DNA of 64,000 bases from Thermodesulfobacteriota bacterium (GTDB lineage: Bacteria; Desulfobacterota_D; UBA1144; Nemesobacterales; JAJCZQ01). Positions within the stretch are counted from its first letter, which is position 1. Each line of letters starts with the position of its first letter. The translations under genes were made by a program, and so were the position numbers. Under the pieces are notes generated by a model. That model did not search any database and was not told the DNA's origin. It saw only the letters and a program-made list of their open reading frames with translations. This document shows, piece after piece, positions 9,893 to 20,994 of this stretch. The stretch lies in contig OZ244044.1 of the NCBI GenBank assembly GCA_965215275.1, forward strand, positions 800,001-864,000, in the 5' to 3' direction.

Positions 9893-11425
9893 TCACTCCC
9901 ACTCGATCGTGCCCGGTGGCTTGGTCGATACGTCGTATACCACTCTGTTGACCCCTTCCACTTCATTGATTATCCGGACTGAAACTTTCTCAAGGACTTC
10001 ATAGGGTATCTTTGCCCAACTTGCCGTCATGCCGTCCAGACTCGTGACCGCCCTGAGGGCTATAACGTTATCATAAGTCCTTTTATCACCCATAACACCA
10101 ACGGTCTTGACGGGAAGAAAAACACAGAACGCCTGCCATATTGAATCGTACAGGTTGGACTTTTTTAACTCTTCAATAAATATACTGTCGGCAAGCCTCA
10201 GTATTTTTAAGTTCCCTTCATTGATCTCTCCAATAACCCTGATGGCAAGTCCAGGTCCCGGAAACGGATGTCTGCCAATAAGTTCCTCAGAGACCCCAAT
10301 TGCCCTGCCGACCTCCCTGACCTCATCTTTAAAGAGTTCCCTCAGTGGCTCAATAAGTTTAAGTTTCATCTTATCAGGTAATCCCCCAACGTTATGATGG
10401 GATTTTATGGTCGCTGAAGGACCCTTTACGTTCACGCTTTCTATCACGTCCGGATACAGGGTTCCCTGAGCCAGGTACTTAACGTCCGAGATACTTCCGG
10501 CTTCTTCTTCAAACATTTTTATAAACTCTTCACCTATTATCTTTCTTTTTTTCTCCGGATCGGTAACTCCCTGCAACTTTTTGATAAACCGCTTTCCTGA
10601 ATCAACCGCGATAAGGTTAAGTCCTAACTGGTTGAACCTGCTTACGACCTCGCTGCTTTCATTGAGCCTCATTAAGCCGGTATCAACGTAAATACAGGTC
10701 AGCCGATCGCCGATCGCCTCCTTGAGTATTACTGCGGTCACGGTTGAATCCACTCCTCCTGACAGTGCACAGATGACCTTGGAGTCCCCAACCTCTTCTC
10801 TTATTTTCCGTATCGCACGTTCAATGAAGAACTCATGGTTCCAGTGTTTTGTTAGCCTGCATATCAGATACAGAAAATTCCCGAGAAGCTTTCTTCCCTT
10901 CAGAGTATGAACGACTTCCGGATGGAACTGCAAACCGTAGATCTGCTTCGTTCGGTGCCTTATGGCAGCAATGGGTGAATTATCGGTCCTTGCAAGGGAT
11001 ATAAAACCTTCCGGAAGCTGCAGTATCTTATCACCGTGAGACATCCAGACCTTGGTCTTATCTTCAATTTCAGAGAAGATGTCATCGTCTTTCAGTATCT
11101 CAATATAAGCGGGACCGAACTCCCGCTTGCTGGATACCTTGACCTCACCACCAAACGTCTGAACTATAAGCTGCATTCCGTAACAGACGCCAAGTATGGG
11201 AATACCCATCTCAAAAAGTCCTTTATCGATCTCCGGAGCGTTCTTATCCCACACGCTCGACGGTCCGCCGGAAAGTATGACCGCTCCGGGAGAGAGCTTT
11301 TTTATTTCCTCTGCCTTTGTATGGAACGGTTTGATCTCCGAGTATATTCCCAGTTCGCGTACCCTTCTGGCTATGAGCTGGGTGTATTGGGAACCAAAGT
11401 CCAGTACTAATACGGTTTTAGACAT
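9893..11425 (-). CDS. guaA: GMP synthase (glutamine-hydrolysing)
   Basis: [46 protein letters not shown]. Confidence 0.99.
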   Translation of the reverse strand: MSKTVLVLDFGSQYTQLIARRVRELGIYSEIKPFHTKAEEIKKLSPGAVILSGGPSSVWDKNAPEIDKGLFEMGIPILGVCYGMQLIVQTFGGEVKVSSKREFGPAYIEILKDDDIFSEIEDKTKVWMSHGDKILQLPEGFISLARTDNSPIAAIRHRTKQIYGLQFHPEVVHTLKGRKLLGNFLYLICRLTKHWNHEFFIERAIRKIREEVGDSKVICALSGGVDSTVTAVILKEAIGDRLTCIYVDTGLMRLNESSEVVSRFNQLGLNLIAVDSGKRFIKKLQGVTDPEKKRKIIGEEFIKMFEEEAGSISDVKYLAQGTLYPDVIESVNVKGPSATIKSHHNVGGLPDKMKLKLIEPLRELFKDEVREVGRAIGVSEELIGRHPFPGPGLAIRVIGEINEGNLKILRLADSIFIEELKKSNLYDSIWQAFCVFLPVKTVGVMGDKRTYDNVIALRAVTSLDGMTASWAKIPYEVLEKVSVRIINEVEGVNRVVYDVSTKPPGTIEWE

Positions 11426-11449
11426 TAAAGATCAAAGAGCACAAGCGGA

Positions 11450-12922
11450 TCACTCGATCCTGTAATTGGGAGCCTCTTTTGTAATGATCACGTCGTGCAC
11501 GTGTCCCTCCCTGAGCCCGGCGTTCGTAACTTTTATGAACCTGGCATTTCTTCTGAGAGATCTCAGGTCCTTGCAGCCCGTGTAGCCCATCCCTGACTTC
11601 AGACCACCAACAAGCTGATAGACGATGCCCCCTAAAGACCCCTTGTAAGGTACCCGCCCTTCTATACCTTCTGGCACCAGTTTACTGGACTCGAGCATTT
11701 CATCCTGGGCATAACGGTCCCTGCTGCCCTTTCTCATTGCCTCTATGGACCCCATACCCCTGTATACCTTATAGGTCCTTCCCTGAAATAACACGGTTTC
11801 ACCGGGAGATTCGCTTGCACCCGCAAACAGATTACCGATCATTACAGAATAAGCACCCGACGCAAGCGCCTTTGTAACGTCACCGGAGTATTTTATTCCA
11901 CCGTCCGCTATTACGGGAACCCCTTTCTTCTCACTGACCCTGAATACCTCTTTAATGGCAGTGATCTGCGGAACCCCTATACCGGCGATCACCCTCGTAG
12001 TGCATATCGAACCGGGTCCCACTCCTACCTTGATCGCGTCCGCTCCGGCCTTAATGAGCATCTTCGCTGCTTCCGAGGTGGCGATATTACCCGCTATTAC
12101 CTCAATGTCCTTATAGCTTTTCTTTATATCCTTAATGCTTTCCACGATCCTTGCAGAATGTGCATGTGCCGTGTCGACCACGATAACGTCGCATCCTACT
12201 CCGATCAGTCTTTCGACCCTTTCCTCCCTGTCCGGACCTACTCCGATGGCACCGCCGCACCTGAGCCTGCCCATCCCGTCCTTGGAAGCGGTGGGATATT
12301 TCTCTATTTTTTCAATATCCTTCATGGTTATCAGACCACGAAGTTTGAACTCCGAATCCACCACTGGAAGTTTTTCTATCTTGTATTTATGAAGCAGTTC
12401 CTTTGCACTGTCGAGGGTCCTGCCTTCCTTTACGGTTATCAGTTTTTCCTGTGGTGTCATTACCTGACGTATTTCAGAATCGAGGTTCTTTTCAAACCTC
12501 AGGTCCCTGTTCGTGATTATCCCATGAAGGGTCCCATCCTCGTCCGTAACGGGAAGTCCCGTGATATTGTAACCGACCATGATGTCAAGGGCCTCACGTA
12601 CCAGCTGATCCGCCCTTACGGTAAGGGGACTGACTATCATGCCGCTCTCGAACTTCTTTACCTTTTCCACCTCGGCGGCCTGGCTCTTCACGCTCATATT
12701 GCGGTGGATTATCCCTATACCACCCTCCTGCGCCATGGCAATGGCGGTACGAGACTCCGTCACGGTGTCCATTGCAGCACTTACGAGCGGGATATTTAAC
12801 TTTATCCTGGGGGTCAGTTTCGTGGATACGTCCACGTCATTCGGCAGAACATCGGAGTAGGAAGGAACAAGTAAAACGTCATCGAACGTCAGAGCTTCTT
12901 CGATCTTACCATCATGGTCCAT
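11450..12922 (-). CDS. guaB: IMP dehydrogenase
   Basis: [11 protein letters not shown] pair, [22 protein letters not shown]. Confidence 0.99.
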   Translation of the reverse strand: MDHDGKIEEALTFDDVLLVPSYSDVLPNDVDVSTKLTPRIKLNIPLVSAAMDTVTESRTAIAMAQEGGIGIIHRNMSVKSQAAEVEKVKKFESGMIVSPLTVRADQLVREALDIMVGYNITGLPVTDEDGTLHGIITNRDLRFEKNLDSEIRQVMTPQEKLITVKEGRTLDSAKELLHKYKIEKLPVVDSEFKLRGLITMKDIEKIEKYPTASKDGMGRLRCGGAIGVGPDREERVERLIGVGCDVIVVDTAHAHSARIVESIKDIKKSYKDIEVIAGNIATSEAAKMLIKAGADAIKVGVGPGSICTTRVIAGIGVPQITAIKEVFRVSEKKGVPVIADGGIKYSGDVTKALASGAYSVMIGNLFAGASESPGETVLFQGRTYKVYRGMGSIEAMRKGSRDRYAQDEMLESSKLVPEGIEGRVPYKGSLGGIVYQLVGGLKSGMGYTGCKDLRSLRRNARFIKVTNAGLREGHVHDVIITKEAPNYRIE

Positions 12923-13380
12923 TACTTCTTACCTTTTGCCTTTGGTTTAGCCGGTTTTTTCGCTCCCGGTGCCGCTGATTTCTTGGCCATGGAAAACCTG
13001 CCTTTTTTTGCAGCAGTATCCTTTGCCGGGGACTTTTCAGGTTCAGCTTTGGCCTTCGTGGATTTCGAAACGGTCTTTTTTACCGTTGCCGGTTCCTCTG
13101 CGTCCATTCTGGATATTGGCGACTGAAACAGCTTCATCACCTTTTTTCTCATTTCAGACTGACTGATCCTGAGTTCAAGTTCTATTTCCTGATTTTTCCC
13201 CTGAAGATGAAAGGATATGGGCAGAACCCCCACGTACGTGTTTGCGTCCACCCTTTCGAATTCCAGTGATTTAAGGAACCCTTTGTGAAAGGTCGGGAAT
13301 TTCAGAGTGGCGATATCCAGGGTCTTCTGAGGCAGCAGTCCATCCTGGCTTATGCTTATTTTTATCTTAGTTGGTTTCAT
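12922..13380 (-). CDS. hypothetical protein with Lys/Ala-rich (histone H1-like) C-terminal tail
   Basis: 152-aa ORF, GGAGG upstream, stop overlaps the guaB start. Confidence 0.75.
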   Translation of the reverse strand: MKPTKIKISISQDGLLPQKTLDIATLKFPTFHKGFLKSLEFERVDANTYVGVLPISFHLQGKNQEIELELRISQSEMRKKVMKLFQSPISRMDAEEPATVKKTVSKSTKAKAEPEKSPAKDTAAKKGRFSMAKKSAAPGAKKPAKPKAKGKK

Positions 13381-13513
13381 AGACGATCAATAACCTCCAC
13401 TGTGGCACTTGCTCGAGTCTGGCCTTTTTGATCCATATATACCTTACGCCGCTTAATTAAAAGGGATTAATAATACAGGTAAGTTCGGCAGTTTGCAATA
13501 ACAGGGTCATTAT

Positions 13514-14266
13514 TTATCTTTCGGACAGTTCGTAACCCGTGATCTCTACCCTGTATTTAAGTCCCAGGACCTTATCTCCGTCCGGAGGTCTGTAGACGGA
13601 AACAAAGGGCACCTCTTCGTCCGGAGTTATATTGACGTTCATTCCGCTTATGGCGGCACGTTTCTCTCCAAAACCGATCTGCCCTTTCCTGTTCTGCATC
13701 CTTGCCTTGATCCTGCTCCACGACCTGTTCCTTATCTCCCAGTCCGAGAATGAATTCCCGGCCCAGACTTCCCGCGAATGGATCGCCAGGTCTTCCAGCG
13801 TGTAGGTTACCCTTAACTTAATAAAACTGACCAGGTCGTTCGAGTTGTTTCTGACCTTTCCGGACACCAGATAGATCTGTCCGTACCTTGAACTTATCCA
13901 TCTGCCGGTCTGACGCGTGATCTTAACCTTGTTTATGGAAAACGGAGTGTAATCATCTATCAGACCAATTGCTCCTGTTTTTATCCGGTCATAAGGATTA
14001 TCCGGATAAATATCATGCTCGTTCAGTAAGAACGACGTCCCTTCCAGCAACGTTATAATTAAAACAACGACGGCCGATACCTTGATAAAACGGAGGACTT
14101 CCGGATATTTTTCATTAAACTCCCTTATCTCTTTGGACGGAAAAAGGCCTTTGATCTCAGATATACAGTTACGCCTGGCGGGAGGGGGATCTTTTTTAAC
14201 CATTGGATTATGAAGAGTTTCAGTTCCGGCCCATCTGACCTTACTTACAAAAACATATCCGAACAA
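13514..14266 (-). CDS. single-TM hypothetical protein (DUF3426-like periplasmic domain)
   Basis: One TM helix, then YLVSGKVRNN...FIKLRV...VPFVSV beta-rich domain; start may be the ATG near 14203. Confidence 0.65.
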   Translation of the reverse strand: MFGYVFVSKVRWAGTETLHNPMVKKDPPPARRNCISEIKGLFPSKEIREFNEKYPEVLRFIKVSAVVVLIITLLEGTSFLLNEHDIYPDNPYDRIKTGAIGLIDDYTPFSINKVKITRQTGRWISSRYGQIYLVSGKVRNNSNDLVSFIKLRVTYTLEDLAIHSREVWAGNSFSDWEIRNRSWSRIKARMQNRKGQIGFGEKRAAISGMNVNITPDEEVPFVSVYRPPDGDKVLGLKYRVEITGYELSER

Positions 14267-14530
14267 CTAATATACAAAATGCATTCAGCCTGTGTGCAGA
14301 CTTATACAGATACAGGAAATATCTGAACATTGCAAGCATTTGTTGAAACGGCCATGACCGGAAAAGTCGTTTTTCAAAGCTCAGGTCTTCCCGTGTCGGC
14401 ACCGCAGAACGTCCGAAAAGCGGACGGGAAAACACAATGCAGAACCTTTCATATACAAAATGATTGCAAACGGGTTTTTTTTGATGTAGAATTCATTACA
14501 GTATGAATTAAGACGGTTGGGATCGCAGAT

Positions 14531-15484
14531 ATGGACAGTAACGTTCCAATAAAAGCGCTGAAGCAGGAGATGGACAGACACGTTGTCGGTCACGACGACG
14601 TGAAGATGGCCCTGCTTCTTGGGATTATCTCAAGGGAGCACATTTACATCGAAGGACCTCCCGGAACTGCAAAGACGATGCTGTCCGAGATAATCTCCGC
14701 CGCTGCTCAGCTGAACTTCTTCTTTTATCAGCTGCACAGGGACACCCGGCTTTCCGAACTGGTCGGAGACCTTGTAATTTCCAAGGAACGGACCGAAGAA
14801 GGTGAGATAATAAAGCAGAAGATCGTTGAAGGAGGAATCCTCAAGTCCGAGATATGCCTTCTGGACGATATTTCAAGGGCTCCTGGAGAATCCCTCAACA
14901 TTCTTCTCAGGGTCCTTAACGAGAGGAAGTTCTTTAATGAAACGATCCCGCTCCTTACCGCGATCGCCACAAGCAATCCCACGGCGGATGAATACTACAA
15001 TGAACCCCTTGACCCTGCCAACCTGGACAGGTTCGTGCTTCAGATCAGATCGCACGGCATTTCCTACGGAAGGAACTGGGACGACGCAAAAAAGGTGATA
15101 GACCTCTACTCGGGTAAGGTCCCGGACGAGGAAATACCCGTTATAATGAGCAGGGATTCACTTGACGGCTGTTACGAGAATATCGGACAGATAAACATAC
15201 CCGCAAAGGTCAGGGACGGACTTACCAACTTCGTTACGCTGCTGATCGAGGACTATAAACTGGATGAATCCAATTCCCTTATCTCCGACAGGACGTTCTT
15301 TGTAAAGTCACTGAAGATCATAAGATCCCACGCACTTATATCAAGCAGGGAATCCTGCACCATGGAGGACCTGAACGCTCTGAAGTATATAACGGCTTTC
15401 AGGATCCCGGAGGATATATACAACCTGCTGGACGATATACTGCAAAACCTCGAGCGTAAAAAAAAACTCCAGATGACCAGCTGA
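14531..15484 (+). CDS. MoxR/RavA-type AAA+ ATPase
   Basis: Walker A GPPGTAKT, Walker B LLDDI, ATSNP, LDRF. Confidence 0.9.
   Translation: MDSNVPIKALKQEMDRHVVGHDDVKMALLLGIISREHIYIEGPPGTAKTMLSEIISAAAQLNFFFYQLHRDTRLSELVGDLVISKERTEEGEIIKQKIVEGGILKSEICLLDDISRAPGESLNILLRVLNERKFFNETIPLLTAIATSNPTADEYYNEPLDPANLDRFVLQIRSHGISYGRNWDDAKKVIDLYSGKVPDEEIPVIMSRDSLDGCYENIGQINIPAKVRDGLTNFVTLLIEDYKLDESNSLISDRTFFVKSLKIIRSHALISSRESCTMEDLNALKYITAFRIPEDIYNLLDDILQNLERKKKLQMTS
15458..15466 (+). promoter_or_regulatory. A9 slippery run; candidate -1 frameshift/transcriptional slippage site joining AAA to VWA
   Basis: CGT AAA AAA AAA CTC; the -1 frame opens right after TAA 15457-15459 and runs without a stop to 16641. 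Confidence 0.7.
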
Positions 15485-16641
15485 AAAAAGACCCTGACGA
15501 ACAGCGTTCAGAGTTCGAACGGGCCGAACCTGACGAGGAACTGCCGGAAAGACCTGACGAGGAATCCGAAAAGCAGGCCCAGGAAGATGATATTTCAGAG
15601 GCCAGAAAGGCCTTCTTTCAGGCTCTTAAGGAACTGAAGGACAACGTCGAGCAGGAAAAGCAGATGTCCCCTCCCGAAGACCTGGACGTTCCATCCGACC
15701 CGACCGGACAGCCATTCGACGACGGCAGCGATGAAGGCAAGGACGATCAGACCGATATGATCTTTGCAAGTAAGTCAAAGAACGCGGGCAGGGACGATGA
15801 TCTGAAGACCCCCGGAACAAGGAACACGGAAAGTGCAGACAACATAAAGCTGATAATGAAGGTGCTTGAAGGGAACTTCCAGCGCAATATAGCAAGAAGG
15901 ACGAACCACCCGGGAGGAATTCCCAGAAAGTGGAAAAGAATGACCTCCTTTGAGGACATAGAGGACATTGATCCGCTGGAGGCGTTCATCTGGACGGATT
16001 CCAACTCCCCTCAGCTGCCCAGGATACAGAAAAGGGAAAAAGAAAGCCTGGGAGGAGAAATAGCTATCCTCAGGGATATAAGCACTTCAATGATGGGAGT
16101 TTACAGCGAATGGTCCTCATCGGTAGTTCAGGGGGTCATAGAGCTTGCACGTGCAAAGAACATGAGAGTAGGCTATCTGGAGTTCAACCATAAATCCTTT
16201 AAATACAAAAAGGAACGCAGGTTTTTCACCAGGGACTACAGGTGGATACTGAACCAGTCGTCCGGTACCGGATGCTCGGGAAACACCAACTACGAAGAGG
16301 CACTCAAGGAGGCACTTTCAGAGTTTCGGGGAAGGGGGCTGAGGAACAAGCACATCCTGTTCATCACCGATGGTATTCCAACGTCAGGGGACTGTGAGGT
16401 ACTTACCGAAAGAACGCTCGCTAAAAAGCTCGGGGTGTGCATTCACTCCATCTTTATCGGGTCAAAGAACTATCCCAAGATACTGCAGACCGTCTCCGAG
16501 GAGACCGTGGGCACCCAGTTCGTCGCCTCAAAAGGCAAGAACGGTGGTATTAAGATAGAAAGGAACGATAAGCTGGCAAGAGCAGGAAAAACGTCCAGGC
16601 GATTACAAGTTGATCCTTTCATAAAGGTGTTTACGAACTAG
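15460..16641 (+). CDS. VWA-domain protein with acidic Pro-rich linker (first ATG 15664)
   Basis: MIDAS DISTS, GNTNY, FITDG; 68 extra coding-like acidic codons upstream of the first ATG. Confidence 0.85.
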   Translation, partial: KKTPDDQLKKDPDEQRSEFERAEPDEELPERPDEESEKQAQEDDISEARKAFFQALKELKDNVEQEKQMSPPEDLDVPSDPTGQPFDDGSDEGKDDQTDMIFASKSKNAGRDDDLKTPGTRNTESADNIKLIMKVLEGNFQRNIARRTNHPGGIPRKWKRMTSFEDIEDIDPLEAFIWTDSNSPQLPRIQKREKESLGGEIAILRDISTSMMGVYSEWSSSVVQGVIELARAKNMRVGYLEFNHKSFKYKKERRFFTRDYRWILNQSSGTGCSGNTNYEEALKEALSEFRGRGLRNKHILFITDGIPTSGDCEVLTERTLAKKLGVCIHSIFIGSKNYPKILQTVSEETVGTQFVASKGKNGGIKIERNDKLARAGKTSRRLQVDPFIKVFTN

Positions 16642-17642
16642 TTCCTCTTCTTTTTTATATATTTTTTCACCAGCTTTAAATGTTTTCTGTAACTGTCCGA
16701 GAACTCATGGGTCCCGTCACCTTTTGACACGAAGAACAGATAACCGGCTTCTGACGGGTTCAGTGCCGCCATGATAGACCTCTTTCCGGGATTGGATATG
16801 GGACCCGAAGGCAGACCGTCGAGCACGTAGGTGTTATAAGGAGTATCCGTCCTCAGGTCTTCCTTGGTGACTTCCGCTTTATAAGAAACTCCAAGCCGGT
16901 AAACTGCCGTCGGGTCAGACTCGAGCCTCATTCCCTTCCGAAGCCTGTTATGAAATACCGCGGATATGTCCTTTTTTTCATAGCTGTATCCGGTTTCCTT
17001 TTCTATCATTGACGCCAGTATCACTATCTCGTGAGAAGACAGGCCCGCCGCGTTCAGGCTGCCTATTTCACTGCAGATATCTTTAAACCTGTCCGTCATC
17101 GCTCTGATCACGTGTTCGGCCGGGCTGTTCCTTGCGAACATGTACGTGTCGGGATAGAGGTATCCTTCAAGGCTGTTCACCTCGGTCCCGAGCAGTGAAC
17201 CTGCACGGCCTGCCTCGGTCGCCAGCCTGAGGAACTTCTCACTGTCGGTAATTTCCTGCCTGTCCAGGATCTTCGATATCTCGTACAGGCTCGCTCCCTC
17301 CGGCACGGTGACCTTTATGAGCATGACCCTGCCCGTGGCAAGCATCTTTATGATCTGCCCCATTGTCATACCCGCCTTTATTTCATACTCACCTGACTGC
17401 AGGCCGCCGTCCAGTCCTTCGAACAGTACCGTCATAAGGAAAAGCTTTCTGCTTCGGACAAGGTCCCTGCTTTCAAGCATGGAAGCGATCTCACCCGAGG
17501 TGGTTCCCTGGGGAATTTCCAGCACTGCCGGATCAGATGGATAACCATCCACGAAAACAAGGCAGTACAAGGTCAGAGGGAACAGCAGTATCAGCAAGGT
17601 AAGAGATACCGGCAGCCAGAAATGCAGTCCTTTTTCAGTCAC
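16638..17642 (-). CDS. mltG: endolytic transglycosylase MltG (YceG family)
   Basis: LEGYLYPDTY, LASMIEKE, LESDPT, PYNTY..GLP.GPISNPG. Confidence 0.95.
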   Translation of the reverse strand: MTEKGLHFWLPVSLTLLILLFPLTLYCLVFVDGYPSDPAVLEIPQGTTSGEIASMLESRDLVRSRKLFLMTVLFEGLDGGLQSGEYEIKAGMTMGQIIKMLATGRVMLIKVTVPEGASLYEISKILDRQEITDSEKFLRLATEAGRAGSLLGTEVNSLEGYLYPDTYMFARNSPAEHVIRAMTDRFKDICSEIGSLNAAGLSSHEIVILASMIEKETGYSYEKKDISAVFHNRLRKGMRLESDPTAVYRLGVSYKAEVTKEDLRTDTPYNTYVLDGLPSGPISNPGKRSIMAALNPSEAGYLFFVSKGDGTHEFSDSYRKHLKLVKKYIKKKRN

Positions 17643-18786
17643 TGTCCTTGCTCGTTATTACAAGGTCGTCCCTGTGAATGACCTCATCGCTGTATTTATA
17701 GCCCAGAATACCCTCTATCCTGGATGTCCTGACGCCCGCGATCCTTTCTATCTCCACTGAGTTGTATGAAGTTATTCCCTTGGCGATCTCGCTCCCCTGC
17801 ACATCGCGGCACAGTACCGTGTCCCCTATCCCGAATTTTCCCCTTACCTCCTTTATACCCGAAGGAAGAAGGCTTTTTCCCCTTTGAACGAGAGCGACTT
17901 TCGCACCTTCATCCACTACTATCTCACCCATTGTCTGCAGATTGAAAACTATCCAGTGCTTTCTCGCACTCAGCTTGTCCTTCGACGGAAGTACAAAGGT
18001 GCCCGTGTTCTCACCTTCGAATATCTTTAAAAGGACATCTTTATCCCCGCCATCGGCAATGATCGAAGGTACTCCGAAGGCAGATACTTTCCTTATCGCC
18101 TCGATCTTCGTTACCATCCCGCCGGTAGTGGTGCTGCCCGTGGTACCGCCCGCTATACTTTCAAGGTCTTTATCAACTACCGTAACCAGAGAAATAAGCC
18201 GTGCCGCATGGGCATTTTCATCGGAATAATCCCTGTATATACCGCCAATGTTAGTAAGGAGCACCATAAGGTCCGACTGCGTAAGGGAAGTTACAAGAGA
18301 AGCCAGATTGTCGTTGTCCCCTATCATTATCTCGTCCACCGACACGGAATCATTTTCGTTAACGATCGGTACGATATTCATCTCCAGGAGTTTATGTACG
18401 GTCTTTCTGGCGATCAGAAAGCGCTTTCTGTCCGATAGGCCGTCATGCGTGAGAAGTATCTGTGCAACGTCCGTGTCCAGCTTTGAAAAGGCCTTTTCGT
18501 AATTGCTCATCAGCACGTGCTGTCCGCAGGCGGCGATCGCCTGCTTTACGTGTATCTCCGGGGGCTTTTTCTTCAGATTTAATTTTTTCATTCCCGAGGC
18601 GATAGCACCCGAGGACACGATGATAACCTCGATCCCTCTTCTCTGTAACTTAACGACCTGAGAGGCGATCTGCCCAAACCTCATCTCAAGAACGCCCCCC
18701 TTGCTGCCGGTCAGAACGCTGCTTCCGATCTTGACAACAACTCTTTTAACACCTGATAAAAACTTCTTACGGTCAAATTCATTCAT
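17635..18786 (-). CDS. proB: glutamate 5-kinase
   Basis: VVKIGSS, VSSGAI, PIVNENDSV, GDND, GGMVTK, C-terminal PUA domain. Confidence 0.98.
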   Translation of the reverse strand: MNEFDRKKFLSGVKRVVVKIGSSVLTGSKGGVLEMRFGQIASQVVKLQRRGIEVIIVSSGAIASGMKKLNLKKKPPEIHVKQAIAACGQHVLMSNYEKAFSKLDTDVAQILLTHDGLSDRKRFLIARKTVHKLLEMNIVPIVNENDSVSVDEIMIGDNDNLASLVTSLTQSDLMVLLTNIGGIYRDYSDENAHAARLISLVTVVDKDLESIAGGTTGSTTTGGMVTKIEAIRKVSAFGVPSIIADGGDKDVLLKIFEGENTGTFVLPSKDKLSARKHWIVFNLQTMGEIVVDEGAKVALVQRGKSLLPSGIKEVRGKFGIGDTVLCRDVQGSEIAKGITSYNSVEIERIAGVRTSRIEGILGYKYSDEVIHRDDLVITSKDSD

Positions 18787-18834
18787 CGGTCAGGAATGTT
18801 ATTTTACCAAAAATCAGAACTAAATTGTATCTAT

Positions 18835-18863
18835 TTGACAAACAATGAACCTCAAGCTATCTT
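18835..18863 (+). promoter_or_regulatory. sigma70-type promoter of tRNA-Gly(GCC)
   Basis: TTGACA-17 bp-TATCTT. Confidence 0.7.
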
Positions 18864-18878
18864 TGAAACCCCCTGACA

Positions 18879-18955
18879 GCGGGGATAGCTCAGTTGGCTA
18901 GAGCGTCTGCTTGCCAAGCAGAAGGTCGCGGGTTCGAATCCCGTTCCCCGCTCCA
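18879..18955 (+). tRNA. tRNA-Gly (GCC)
   Basis: Cloverleaf: acceptor GCGGGGA/TTCCCCGC, anticodon arm TCTGC-TTGCCAA-GCAGA, GGTTCGAATCC, encoded CCA. Confidence 0.97.
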
Positions 18956-19031
18956 GACTTTTTCCTGAACATGTTCAGCCGCTATATAAGATATCTTATA
19001 AAAACAGCTTACTTCATCACTAACTGACAGA

Positions 19032-19060
19032 TTGACAAACGGACAGCCTGGAGCTATCTT
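19032..19060 (+). promoter_or_regulatory. sigma70-type promoter of tRNA-Gly(CCC)
   Basis: TTGACA-17 bp-TATCTT; 197 bp downstream of the first promoter. Confidence 0.7.
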
Positions 19061-19075
19061 AACAGCTGCATTACA

Positions 19076-19152
19076 GCGGGGATAGCTCAGCTGGCCAGAG
19101 CATCTGCTTCCCAAGCAGAAAGTCGCGGGTTCGAATCCCGTTCCCCGCTCTA
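19076..19152 (+). tRNA. tRNA-Gly (CCC), 3' end CTA instead of CCA
   Basis: Near-identical to the GCC copy; anticodon loop TTCCCAA. Confidence 0.9.
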
Positions 19153-19242
19153 GATACCTGCTCCTGATCTTAAAAAATATCAGTCTATCTTATAACAGGG
19201 ACGACTATACCCCCCCCCTGCACTGCTGATCCGAACGGGTAC

Positions 19243-20451
19243 TTACTTCTTATCGGGCTGGGTTATAAAAAAAGTAGAGAATGCAGCAATAAAGCATAGC
19301 ACCGCCGCCACGACTATTGACTGATAATGAGAACCGTTGGTGTCGTACAGATAGCCTGCAAGAAGAGGTCCGGTTATGGACGCGAGCGAGAACGCGGTCG
19401 CGGACACTCCGAAGATAGATCCGATAAATCTCGTTCCAAAATAGTTGCTCAGGATCGTGGGGAATATAGGCATGTGTCCACTGTAAAAAAAGCCGAACAG
19501 AAAACCGAACAGATAAAAAGCCCATATCGTCTGACTGTAAATAATGATTATTATTGAAACGGCTTCCAGGAAATAACTTATGAACAGCACTCTTTTATTG
19601 TCAAAGTACTTTGTTAGTACCCCGGAGAAGAAAAGCCTTCCGAATATGCTTCCGAAAGCTATCGCGGCAGGTGCTCCTGAAGCCACGACCGCGGTAACAC
19701 CGGACTCCTTTGCATAATCAAAAAGATTGACCAGTATTATAAGAAAAGTATTCATTCCGAAAAAGAAGATCATGTAAAGTATCCAGAAGGACGAAGTACT
19801 TATCGCCTTTTTTACTCCCCAGTCCGCGTCAGTACCGGGCAGAGGCCTTTTTGAATCCGGAGCAGCTCCGGCAGCCCTTTCCTCCTCGGGTGATCTTCGC
19901 ATTACAAAAGCGCTCAGCAGAAGAAAGGCCAGTATAACGGACAGTGCCATAAGGGACCTTTCTAAACCCACCGTGGAGTTCAGCCAGGCAGTCAGGGGAT
20001 TGATGACCGTGCCGCTGATAGGAACTCCCATAGTTGCAATCCCTATGGCAAGGGCCCTTTTTTCAGTAAACCATCTGCTGATAATAGCTACGCTCGGAAT
20101 GTAGAAGAACCCGTTCCCTATGCCGGGAAGAACGGCGTAGGCAAAGATAAGCTGCCAATCAGTTTTTGCGTAAGCCGTGAGGAACATACCTAAAACCGCG
20201 GTAAATCCCCCAAGGAATATCACCACCTTGGGATTGAACCTGTCTATCAGTCTTCCCGAAACGATCATTGCGAACGCAAAAACAATGTTCCTTACTGAAA
20301 AAAGAGAGGAACTTTCCAGATGGGTTATATCGAACGACTCTTTCATATAAGGCATGTATATGCCGAACGAATACAGCAAAATGCCGTCCAAGGAGATTAT
20401 TATCAAGCCCGCTGCAACTATAAACCAGCCATAGTAGATATTTCTAAACAT
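19243..20451 (-). CDS. MFS transporter (OFA/MCT-like)
   Basis: About 12 TM helices, YYGWFIVAAG, GRLIDRF, WFTEKRALAIG. Confidence 0.92.
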   Translation of the reverse strand: MFRNIYYGWFIVAAGLIIISLDGILLYSFGIYMPYMKESFDITHLESSSLFSVRNIVFAFAMIVSGRLIDRFNPKVVIFLGGFTAVLGMFLTAYAKTDWQLIFAYAVLPGIGNGFFYIPSVAIISRWFTEKRALAIGIATMGVPISGTVINPLTAWLNSTVGLERSLMALSVILAFLLLSAFVMRRSPEEERAAGAAPDSKRPLPGTDADWGVKKAISTSSFWILYMIFFFGMNTFLIILVNLFDYAKESGVTAVVASGAPAAIAFGSIFGRLFFSGVLTKYFDNKRVLFISYFLEAVSIIIIIYSQTIWAFYLFGFLFGFFYSGHMPIFPTILSNYFGTRFIGSIFGVSATAFSLASITGPLLAGYLYDTNGSHYQSIVVAAVLCFIAAFSTFFITQPDKK

Positions 20452-20590
20452 AAGGAACGACCAACTTGAGGTGAATTACAAAACTTGCAGGGAATAATAC
20501 CTGATATTACAAAATAAACCTTGATATTGCTTGTTACTTATTTGATTTTGCCGTTTTGTAGGTAATGATTAACAGGCAAAATCAGCTGTT

Positions 20591-20962
20591 TTGGAGATAA
20601 TGATGTCTGATAACATAGAAAATGAAGATATATTAACAATGATCAAAACCCGTCTGGACAGAGGGATAAGAATTATAAACATAAGATCAAAAGAAGTTTA
20701 CGGCGTGGTCAGGATCAAGAACAAGATCCAGCAAAACAGAAAAAAGATAAAAAAATACACCTCTGAACTGGGTGAGGCTGTTTATAAGATGTATAAACTC
20801 AAAGACGAGTTTGATGTGGAGAGCCTGAAGGCTAAATGCACCGAGATAATAAAGACCGAGCAGGAAATACAGGACCTTGAAGAAGAACTGAAGACCCTGC
20901 ATATAAACGCCCAGACGGAACTTGGAAAACTCAAAGCCATATCAAAGCCTGAAGATGACTGA
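20591..20962 (+). CDS. coiled-coil hypothetical protein
   Basis: 123-aa helical ORF with ELGEAVY motif; start may be ATG near 20600. Confidence 0.7.
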   Translation: MEIMMSDNIENEDILTMIKTRLDRGIRIINIRSKEVYGVVRIKNKIQQNRKKIKKYTSELGEAVYKMYKLKDEFDVESLKAKCTEIIKTEQEIQDLEEELKTLHINAQTELGKLKAISKPEDD

Positions 20963-20994
20963 CAGGACCGGAGAAATCCCTGGATACATGATCA

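Noticed and set aside
19210..19218. C9 run as a phase-variation switch
   Set aside because: Intergenic between convergent tRNA and MFS 3' ends; no gene or promoter to switch.
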